From Candidatus Portiera aleyrodidarum (GTDB lineage: Bacteria > Pseudomonadota > Gammaproteobacteria > Johnevansiales > Johnevansiaceae), in assembly GCF_000953295.1 (NCBI RefSeq), contig NZ_LN649255.1, positions 150,001-182,000 of the forward strand: a stretch of DNA of 32,000 nt, given 5' to 3'. Each line of letters opens with the position of its first letter. Position 1 is the first letter of the stretch. The translations under genes and the position numbers were made by a program. The notes under the pieces were generated by a model. It saw only the letters and a program-made list of their open reading frames with translations, was not told the origin of the DNA and ran no database searches. Below are positions 17,788 to 25,502 of the stretch, in pieces.

Positions 17788-19215
17788 TTATCCTAAAGAA
17801 CCTTCTAAAGTTATTTCTAATAAAGATTCTGCTTCAACTGCAAATTCCATTGGTAAATTTTGAAATACATCTTTACAAAACCCATTAACTATCAGATTTA
17901 TAGTATCTTCTTTTTTTATTCCTCTTTGCATACAATAAAAAATTTGATCTTTATTTATTTTATAAGCTGTCGCTTCATGTTCTAATATCGATGTTTTATT
18001 TTTTATATTTTGATAAGGGATAGTATATATGATACTATTATTGCCTATTATTAATGAATCACATTGGGTATAATTTCTTGATTTGATAGAATTTTTTGTT
18101 ATTTTTACTAAACCTCTATACGCTTGTTTTGATTTTCCAATTGCTATGCCTTTCGCTATTATCGTTGATTTAGTATATTTACCAACATGAATCATTTTTG
18201 TCCCAGTATCTGCTATTTGTTTATTTTTAGTTATAGTTACTGAATAAAATTCCCCCTTAGAATTATCTCCTTTAAGTATACAAGAAGGATATTTCCATGT
18301 AATGGCTGAACCTATTTCTAATTGTATCCAACTAATTCTAGATCTCAAACCATTACATAATCCACGTTTAGTTACAAAATTATAAATACCGCCTATACCT
18401 TTTTCATTACCTGGATACCAATTTTGTACTGTAGAATATTTTATATAACTATCTTCAAAAGCTATTAATTCTACTACAGCAGCATGTAATTGATTTTCAT
18501 CATAAATTGTTGCAGTGCATCCTTCCAAATATGAAACACTTGATCTTTTTTCACATATAATTAATGTTCTTTCAAATTGTCCTGTCTTATTAGTATTCAT
18601 TCTAAAATAAGTAGATAATTCAATAGGACATTTTATGCCTTCCGGTATAAAAACAAAAGTTCCATCTGTAAAAACTGCTGAATTTAACGCTGAAAAATAA
18701 TTATCATCTTGCCGAACAACAGAACCTAAATATATTTTTATTATATAAGAATATTTTTTTATTGCTTCTGAAATAGAACAAAAAATAATTCCTAAGTTAT
18801 ATAATTTTTCTTTATAAGTAGTAGCAATTGATACAGAATCAAATACTGCATCTACTGCTATTCCTTTAATTTTATTATTTTCATATAAATTTACACCTAA
18901 TTTTTTATAGGAATATAAGAATTTTTTATTTAAATATTTTTTTTTTGGAGAACTAAAAAAAGAAATTTCTTTATAATTTATTTTAGGTGTTTTAAATATA
19001 GCCCAAAAAGGTGGTTTCATATTTAACCATTTATAATAAGATCTTAATCTCCATTTTAACATCCAGTTTGGTTCTTTTTTATATTTTGATATATTATTTA
19101 TTATTTTTTTATTTAATCCAGGTAATTGTATATTACAATCTATATTTATTTTAAAACCATGTTTATATTTTTTTTTATATAATTTTTTTAAAATCTTATT
19201 ATTTGTATTTATCAA
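17788..19215 (-). CDS. sufB: Fe-S cluster assembly scaffold SufB
   Basis: 475-aa ORF collinear with SufB. Contains EPNWMLKWRL, AVFTDGTFVFIP, TGQFERTLII, NWYPG and a HEAT.. region. TTG start at 19215. Confidence 0.95.
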   Translation of the reverse strand: MINTNNKILKKLYKKKYKHGFKINIDCNIQLPGLNKKIINNISKYKKEPNWMLKWRLRSYYKWLNMKPPFWAIFKTPKINYKEISFFSSPKKKYLNKKFLYSYKKLGVNLYENNKIKGIAVDAVFDSVSIATTYKEKLYNLGIIFCSISEAIKKYSYIIKIYLGSVVRQDDNYFSALNSAVFTDGTFVFIPEGIKCPIELSTYFRMNTNKTGQFERTLIICEKRSSVSYLEGCTATIYDENQLHAAVVELIAFEDSYIKYSTVQNWYPGNEKGIGGIYNFVTKRGLCNGLRSRISWIQLEIGSAITWKYPSCILKGDNSKGEFYSVTITKNKQIADTGTKMIHVGKYTKSTIIAKGIAIGKSKQAYRGLVKITKNSIKSRNYTQCDSLIIGNNSIIYTIPYQNIKNKTSILEHEATAYKINKDQIFYCMQRGIKKEDTINLIVNGFCKDVFQNLPMEFAVEAESLLEITLEGSLG

Positions 19216-19226
19216 AATTCTAATCT

Positions 19227-19384
19227 CTAAATATTATTTTTTAATATAATAGTATCAGTTCTTACAGGTCCAGTAGATATCCCTATTTCATTTTCTATAC
19301 CTTTAGTAGGTTTGATTTCTTTATCTCTAACCCTGTGTCCCTTTACTTATGTCTTCCTATTATTACTATATTTTTACCAATCAT
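19227..19384 (-). pseudogene. purA: Relic of adenylosuccinate synthetase (purA): N-terminal and C-terminal codons only, in different frames
   Basis: The ATG at 19384 gives MIGKNIVIIGRHK*, compared with PurA MGKNVVVLGTQWGDEGKGK. A second frame (19346-19230) gives ..IKPTKGIENEIGISTGPVRTDTIILKNNI*, compared with the PurA C-terminus ..[28 protein letters not shown]. It lies directly downstream of hisZ, as in the canonical hisZ-purA arrangement. Confidence 0.75.
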
Positions 19385-19406
19385 ATTTTTCTTAATTTTA
19401 TTTTTT

Positions 19407-20588
19407 TTATAATGATATTACTTGCCATTCTTTATTTATCAAACATAATTTTCTATTACAATTATTTTCATTTAAATTAATAATTTGATTTGGTAATTCT
19501 TGTATTACTTTTTCACCATAAAATCTTAATTCCTCAATTTTTTGTTTTAATTTTAAATCATCTAAATCTGGAGCCCAGATTCCTTCTATATTATTTTTTT
19601 TTTCATTTAATAATGTCAATAAATTTAAATCCATAGTACAACCCGTCGAAGGTCTTTTTTTTCCATAATTTTTTCCAATATCATATCTACCTCCTTTAGC
19701 TATAGATTGTACAATTCCTGATACATAAACTGTAAATATTATACCATTATGATATTGATAACCTTTAAAATCAGACAAATCAAAATATATTGATATATTT
19801 TTATAATTTTTCTTAATAAATTTATATATAATTATTAACTGATCCAAAGCAATTTTAATATCTTCCAGAAAGGATATTTTTTTATATGCTGATTTAAGCA
19901 TATTAAAATCACCATGTAATCTTGGTAATATTTTTAATATTTTACTTATATTTAAATCTATATTTATTTTTTTTATTATATTTTCAACATCTGTATATGA
20001 TTTATTTTCTATTGATTCAAATAAAATATTTAAATATTCTTTTTCTATTTTAGATTTTTTTATTAATATCCTATATATACCTAGGTGCCCAAAAGATAAA
20101 TTTATTTTTTTTGCTCCAGATAATCTTAAACTTTTAATAGTAAGATTTATTATTTCTATATCTGCTTCAATCCCAATATAACCTAATAATTCTATGCCAA
20201 CTTGTATAGGATTTCTTCCTAAATCATTTTGTTCCTCAACTGTAAAAGCTCTAAAAACATTTGTACAATAACATATTCTATATGGACCTTGATTTTTTAA
20301 TATACGAGAATCTAACCTTGCAATTTGTGGAGTTGAATCTGCACTTAAACCAATTAATTTCCCACTTAATGTATCTATTAATTTGAATGTCTGTAATTCT
20401 AAATCAGATCCTACATTATTTAATAATGTTTCTAAATATTCGATTTGTGTAGTAATAACAAAATTATAACCATATTTATAATATAAATCTAATAAATCTC
20501 TTCTTGTTTTTTCTAATTTTATTGCTTGATTTGGTAAGATTTCATTTATCCCATCCGGTAATAAAAAAGTTTTCATAATTTTTTTCAT
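19407..20588 (-). CDS. hisZ: ATP phosphoribosyltransferase regulatory subunit HisZ (HisRS paralogue)
   Basis: 393-aa class-II aaRS-like ORF with LLPDGINEILP, TFKLID..GKLIGLSADSTPQIARLD and GGRYD. It lacks an anticodon-binding domain. A genuine hisS lies elsewhere in the window. It sits upstream of the purA relic. Confidence 0.8.
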   Translation of the reverse strand: MKKIMKTFLLPDGINEILPNQAIKLEKTRRDLLDLYYKYGYNFVITTQIEYLETLLNNVGSDLELQTFKLIDTLSGKLIGLSADSTPQIARLDSRILKNQGPYRICYCTNVFRAFTVEEQNDLGRNPIQVGIELLGYIGIEADIEIINLTIKSLRLSGAKKINLSFGHLGIYRILIKKSKIEKEYLNILFESIENKSYTDVENIIKKINIDLNISKILKILPRLHGDFNMLKSAYKKISFLEDIKIALDQLIIIYKFIKKNYKNISIYFDLSDFKGYQYHNGIIFTVYVSGIVQSIAKGGRYDIGKNYGKKRPSTGCTMDLNLLTLLNEKKNNIEGIWAPDLDDLKLKQKIEELRFYGEKVIQELPNQIINLNENNCNRKLCLINKEWQVISL

Positions 20589-20610
20589 AATTTTATATTA
20601 TTTATTTTTA

Positions 20611-21555
20611 TTATATATTATATTTTTTTATCCAATATCTTGAAATATTACTTTTTAATAAATATATGAAATAATCACTTATTTTTGGATTACAAGCATC
20701 TAACCAAAAAGCATCATTAAATTTACGTAACCATAATTTTTGTTTTTTTGCTAAATTTCTATTAGCAGCTAATAATTTTTCTTTTAATATAAAAAAATTA
20801 TATTTCCCATCAATATATTCCCAAACTTGACGATAACCTATACTTTGCATAGCTGGTAATTCCAAATACATATTTTTCATATTTTTTAAAAATTCTACTT
20901 CTGTAATCAAACCACTTTCTAACATAAAATTTAACCTAAAAAAAATATTTTTATATAAAATATCTTTATTATTATGTGTTACTATAAATTTTATTACCTC
21001 ACATGGAAAATTTTCTTTATTTTTTTTTTGCCAAAAAAAATTAATAAATTTATTAGTATTTAAATATACTTCTAAAAATCTTTTATTTCTATAAATATCA
21101 TTATTATTTATTTCTTTTTTTATAAATTTATTTTTTTTAAATATTTTTTTTAATAATAAAAAATAATATTTATCATAATGTTCTATTTTATATTTTAAAA
21201 CCGGTATTTTAGCAATTCCTTCCAATAAAATATTAAAATAAAACATAGAACCACCAACTAATATTGGAATTTTTCCAGAAGTACTAATTTTTTTCATTGC
21301 TTTTAATGCATCATTTCGAAAATTCCAAACTGAATATATTTCATAAGGATATCTTATATCTATTAATTCATGATATATCTTTTTAGGTTTTGCTGTACCG
21401 ATATTCATATATCTATAAACCATAGCTGAATCAACACTAATTAATTCACAATTTAATAACTTTTTTAATTTTATAGCTAATTCTGTTTTTCCTGATGCAG
21501 TTGTCCCCATTAAAAAAATAGCAATTGGTTTTTTATTATATATTTTCATAATCAA
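20611..21555 (-). CDS. miaA: tRNA dimethylallyltransferase MiaA
   Basis: Contains the P-loop LMGTTASGKTELAI, DSAMVYRYMNIGTAKP, GGSMFY, and QSIGYRQ. The ORF-track start is TTG at 21555. The ATG at 21549 is the more likely start. Confidence 0.9.
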   Translation of the reverse strand: MIMKIYNKKPIAIFLMGTTASGKTELAIKLKKLLNCELISVDSAMVYRYMNIGTAKPKKIYHELIDIRYPYEIYSVWNFRNDALKAMKKISTSGKIPILVGGSMFYFNILLEGIAKIPVLKYKIEHYDKYYFLLLKKIFKKNKFIKKEINNNDIYRNKRFLEVYLNTNKFINFFWQKKNKENFPCEVIKFIVTHNNKDILYKNIFFRLNFMLESGLITEVEFLKNMKNMYLELPAMQSIGYRQVWEYIDGKYNFFILKEKLLAANRNLAKKQKLWLRKFNDAFWLDACNPKISDYFIYLLKSNISRYWIKKYNI

Positions 21556-23222
21556 CGTTTACGTAAAAATAAATTATCTAGTTTCTTATTAGAAATTTTA
21601 ATCCAAGTGGGTCGGCCATGATTACAAATTTTTATATTATTTGTTAATTCCATTTCACGTAAGAATGAATTCATTTCTATGATTGTTAATTTTTTATTTG
21701 ATCGTATACTATTATAACAAGAATATTTTATAAAAATTTTCTTTAAGTTATTTAATATATTTTTCTCAGAATCAATAATTTTTAATTTTTCAAAAATTTT
21801 TTTAATTATTAAATAAATATTTATATTTTTTAAAAAATAATTAGGTATTTCTTTTATTAAAATTATATTTGAATTTATTATTTCTAACGTTATTCCTAAT
21901 TTTAAAAAAATTTTTTGGTTTTTTTTTATTAAATAAATTAATTCATTATCTAATTTTAAATTTATAGGAAATAATAATTTTTGTTTTAAAGTTTTATTAT
22001 TAAATTGTTGTTTTTTTATTTTTTCATAAATCATTCTTTCATGAGCCGCATGTATATCTACAAGAATTAAACCTTCTTTATTTTGTGATATAATAAATTT
22101 TTCTTTATATTGACCTATAGCAAATCCTAAATAATTTTTATTATTTATTTTTTCTAAATTTAAATTTTCTTTTTTTTGATTTTTTTTTATTTTATTATTT
22201 TTTAATTTACAATTACTTTTTAATAAATTATAAATATTTTCATAAATAAAATTACTTATTATTTTTTTATTTACAAAATTAACTTTATACTTATTAGGAT
22301 GTACATTTATATCTAACATACTTTTTTTTATACTTATATATAAAATATATGATGGTTTTAAACCTTTAAACATAGTTTCATTATAAGCATTTAATATAAT
22401 TTTTTTTAAAAAAGGATCTTTTATTATTCTTCTATTTATAAAAATATATTGTTTATTTTTTCCAAAAATATAATTTGGTAAAATAAACCATCCTATAATT
22501 TTTATTTGATTATATTTATCAAGTTTATTTATAAACAAACTATTTTTTATAAAATTTTTACCAAAAATATTACTAATTCTATTTCGACATTCATTTATAT
22601 TTAAACAAGGTAATAATTTATATATATTTTTTTTATTTATAAAAGTCCAACAAATATCAAAACTTGATAAAACTAAATTATAAAACATTTCAACAATTTT
22701 ATTTTTTTCAATTCTATCACTAGATAAATTATTTAATTTTATAGGATTATTATAAAATAAATCACTTACAGATACAGTCGTACCTTTCAAATGTGGATAA
22801 GGAAAAATATCTATTCTTCCAAAATTTTTAGATATTCCATATCCTTTATAAGTTTCATTATAAGGATTAGATAATAAAGAATAATTAGATATTGATCCTA
22901 TTGCTGATAAAGCTTCACCTCTAAAACCTAATGTTTTAATATTATTAATCTCATAAAAATTACTTATTTTACTTGTTGCATTTTTTAAAAATACTAATTT
23001 TAAATCATCTTGATTTATTCCACAACCATTATCAACAACTTTTATTAATTTTTTCCCCCCTTTTTCTATATTTATTTTTATATTTTTACTTCCAGCATCT
23101 ATAGAATTTTCAACTAATTCTTTTAAAACATATGATGGATCTTTAATAAGTTCACCAGCTGAGATTTTATTTATTAAATGTTTATTTAGTATTTTTATTC
23201 TATTAAAGTTTTTTTCAATCAT
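21552..23222 (-). CDS. mutL: DNA mismatch repair protein MutL (endonuclease-type C-terminal domain)
   Basis: GHKL ATPase motifs are ELVENSIDAG, DNGCGI and GFRGEAL. C-terminal motifs are DIHAAHERMIYE, SCYNSIRSNKKL, CNHGRPTW and FLRKR. TGA stop at 21552-21554. Confidence 0.9.
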   Translation of the reverse strand: MIEKNFNRIKILNKHLINKISAGELIKDPSYVLKELVENSIDAGSKNIKINIEKGGKKLIKVVDNGCGINQDDLKLVFLKNATSKISNFYEINNIKTLGFRGEALSAIGSISNYSLLSNPYNETYKGYGISKNFGRIDIFPYPHLKGTTVSVSDLFYNNPIKLNNLSSDRIEKNKIVEMFYNLVLSSFDICWTFINKKNIYKLLPCLNINECRNRISNIFGKNFIKNSLFINKLDKYNQIKIIGWFILPNYIFGKNKQYIFINRRIIKDPFLKKIILNAYNETMFKGLKPSYILYISIKKSMLDINVHPNKYKVNFVNKKIISNFIYENIYNLLKSNCKLKNNKIKKNQKKENLNLEKINNKNYLGFAIGQYKEKFIISQNKEGLILVDIHAAHERMIYEKIKKQQFNNKTLKQKLLFPINLKLDNELIYLIKKNQKIFLKLGITLEIINSNIILIKEIPNYFLKNINIYLIIKKIFEKLKIIDSEKNILNNLKKIFIKYSCYNSIRSNKKLTIIEMNSFLREMELTNNIKICNHGRPTWIKISNKKLDNLFLRKR

Positions 23223-23229
23223 AAGATTT

Positions 23230-23655
23230 TTATTTTATATATTTATTTAAATAATATAATTTATATAATTTTATATTTCCTAAAAATAAATTTATTAATA
23301 AATTTATTTTATAAATTTTTTTATATTTTTTTAAATATATATATTTTTTTATTCTTATAAAATTATATATATATAATTTTTTTAAATATATATATTTAAT
23401 AATTTGTATTTTATTTATCTTTTTTTTCAAAATATATATTTTTTTATATTTGATAAAATATATATCAATATTAAAAATATTATTTTTTTTTAATAAATTA
23501 TAATTAATTAAAATTTTTTTTATAAGTTTTATTTTTTTTATATTTCCTAAAATATATATTTTTTTTAAATTTTTTAAATTTATATTAAATATTTTTTTTA
23601 TAATATATTTTTCACTTAATTTTAGTTTATTTATTGGAAATAAAATTTTTTTCAT
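23230..23655 (-). CDS. Hypothetical 141-aa K/I/Y/N-rich protein, possibly a degenerate TsaE (YjeE)
   Basis: A 141-codon ORF with no stops is unlikely by chance in DNA this AT-rich. It lies immediately upstream of mutL, where tsaE(-amiB) sits in many proteobacteria. [19 protein letters not shown] aligns positionally to TsaE [20 protein letters not shown], and IFNIDIYFI aligns to VYHFDLYRL. There is no other recognisable similarity. Confidence 0.35.
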   Translation of the reverse strand: MKKILFPINKLKLSEKYIIKKIFNINLKNLKKIYILGNIKKIKLIKKILINYNLLKKNNIFNIDIYFIKYKKIYILKKKINKIQIIKYIYLKKLYIYNFIRIKKYIYLKKYKKIYKINLLINLFLGNIKLYKLYYLNKYIK

Positions 23656-25480
23656 TTTTATATATTTTTCTTATAGCACCTGTATCAGCAGACCTTGCAA
23701 AATATGAATATATTTTTAAAGCTTTTGTTATTATTCTATTCCGATTATTTTTTGGTTTCCATAAATTTTTTTTATATAATTTATTCATTTTATTTCTACG
23801 ATTAATTAATCTATTTTTATTAATTAATAAATTTATATATCTTTTATTTATATTAATACTAATTAAATCATCATTTTTTATTAAACCTATATTCCCTCCT
23901 GAAGCAGCTTCAGGCGAGACATGTCCAATTGATAAACCAGACGTCCCACCAGAAAATCTTCCATCTGTTAATAAAGCACAAAATTTATCTAATTTTTTAT
24001 ATTTCAAATAAGAAGTAGGATATAACATTTCTTGCATTCCTGGTCCCCCTTTAGGACCTTCATAACATATAATTAATATATCCCCTTTCTTTATTTCATT
24101 ATTTAATATACTTTGAACTGCTAATTCTTGTGAATTAACAACTTTAGCTCTACCTTTAAATTTTAAAATTTTTTTATTTACTCCTGCTGTTTTTACAACA
24201 CATCCATTTTTAGCGATATTTCCAAATAATATTGCTAATCCGCCATCTTTAGAATAACAATATTTTTTCTTACGAATACAACCATTTTTTCTATCTAAAT
24301 CTAAAGGCCATTTATTATTTTGATAATAAGATTTATTTGTTATAATTCGACCTGGAGCTGCTTGATAAAAATTTAATATATTTTTATCAAATGAATACAT
24401 AATATCCCACTTATATAATGCTTCTTTTAATGTTTTACTATATATAGTAGGAACAAATGTATTTAATAAATTTAATTTATTTAATTCCCCTAAAATTCCA
24501 AATACCCCACCAGCTCTATGAAAATCTTCAATAAAATATTTTTTTGTATTAGGAGATAATTTACATAATTGTGGTACTTTAGTTGATAATTTATCTATAT
24601 TTTTTAATTTAAATTTTATATTTGCTTCTTTTGCTATGGCTAATAAATGAAGTATTGTATTTGTTGAACCACCCATAGCGATATCCATTATTATTGAATT
24701 TTCAAATGATTCTTTTAAACATATATCTAACGGTAAAATTTTTTCATTATTTTTATAAAATTTATTTGTTATTTCTACAATTTTTTTTCCTACTTTATTA
24801 AATAATAATTTCCTATTTACATGAGTTGATAATAAAGTTCCATTACCTGGAAATGCTAATCCTAAAACTTCTAATAAACAATTCATGGAATTTGCAGTAA
24901 ACATCCCAGAACAACTTCCACAAGTTGGACAAGCATTTTTTTCTATTTCTAATATTTTTTTACTATTTTTAGTTTTTGATCCACTTATAATAATAGCATC
25001 TACTAAATTAATATTTTTTTCTTTTATTTTTCCTGCTTCCATAGGACCACCTGAAATAAAGATTGTAGGAATATTTAATCTAAAACAAGCTATTAACATA
25101 CCTGGCGTAATTTTATCACAATTAGAAATACATACTAGGGCATCAGCACAATGAGCATTTACCATATATTCAACTGAATCTGCTATAAGTTCTCTAGACG
25201 GTAAAGAATACATCATCCCACTATGTCCCATAGCAATCCCATCATCTATAGCAATAGTATTAAATATTTTAGCATTTCCACCATTTTTTTTTATTGATTT
25301 TTTTATAACTTTTCCTACTTTATCTAAAAGTATATGACCTGGAACAAAATCAGTATAAGAATTTGCAATAGCAATTATTGGTTTATCAAAATCATTATCT
25401 TTCATACCAGTCGCACGCCATAACGCTCTCGACCCTACCATTTTTTTATTTGTAGTTTTATAAGATCTATAATTTTTCAT
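23627..25480 (-). CDS. ilvD: Dihydroxy-acid dehydratase
   Basis: 617-aa ORF, strongly conserved. Contains [59 protein letters not shown], and the C-terminal SADTGAIR. Confidence 0.95.
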   Translation of the reverse strand: MKNYRSYKTTNKKMVGSRALWRATGMKDNDFDKPIIAIANSYTDFVPGHILLDKVGKVIKKSIKKNGGNAKIFNTIAIDDGIAMGHSGMMYSLPSRELIADSVEYMVNAHCADALVCISNCDKITPGMLIACFRLNIPTIFISGGPMEAGKIKEKNINLVDAIIISGSKTKNSKKILEIEKNACPTCGSCSGMFTANSMNCLLEVLGLAFPGNGTLLSTHVNRKLLFNKVGKKIVEITNKFYKNNEKILPLDICLKESFENSIIMDIAMGGSTNTILHLLAIAKEANIKFKLKNIDKLSTKVPQLCKLSPNTKKYFIEDFHRAGGVFGILGELNKLNLLNTFVPTIYSKTLKEALYKWDIMYSFDKNILNFYQAAPGRIITNKSYYQNNKWPLDLDRKNGCIRKKKYCYSKDGGLAILFGNIAKNGCVVKTAGVNKKILKFKGRAKVVNSQELAVQSILNNEIKKGDILIICYEGPKGGPGMQEMLYPTSYLKYKKLDKFCALLTDGRFSGGTSGLSIGHVSPEAASGGNIGLIKNDDLISININKRYINLLINKNRLINRRNKMNKLYKKNLWKPKNNRNRIITKALKIYSYFARSADTGAIRKIYKNEKNFISNK

Positions 25481-25502
25481 TTTTTACCTAATAATATTTT
25501 TT

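Noticed and set aside
19255-19300. Two look-alikes appear in the hisZ-sufB spacer. The motif caggtccag resembles the SRP (4.5S) RNA core, and the peptide ..DTIILKNN resembles the Hfq FVILLKN motif.
   Set aside because: The SRP tetraloop and AGCA symmetric-loop elements are absent. The Hfq match covers only a few residues. The PurA C-terminus explains the same bases far better (ISTGP.RT.T.IL plus correct synteny and a stop at the right place).
23320-23400. A repeated tttttttaaatatatatat motif with about a 50-bp period could be a tandem repeat or regulatory array.
   Set aside because: It lies inside the 141-aa ORF and simply encodes the repeated KKYIYLKK low-complexity peptide. It has only two imperfect copies in DNA made almost entirely of A and T.
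23634-25154. Antisense ORFs of 125 aa (23634-24011 +) and 89 aa (24885-25154 +) lie opposite ilvD.
   Set aside because: They are shadow frames of a highly conserved gene. The less AT-rich codons of ilvD suppress stops on the opposite strand, and there are no recognisable domains.
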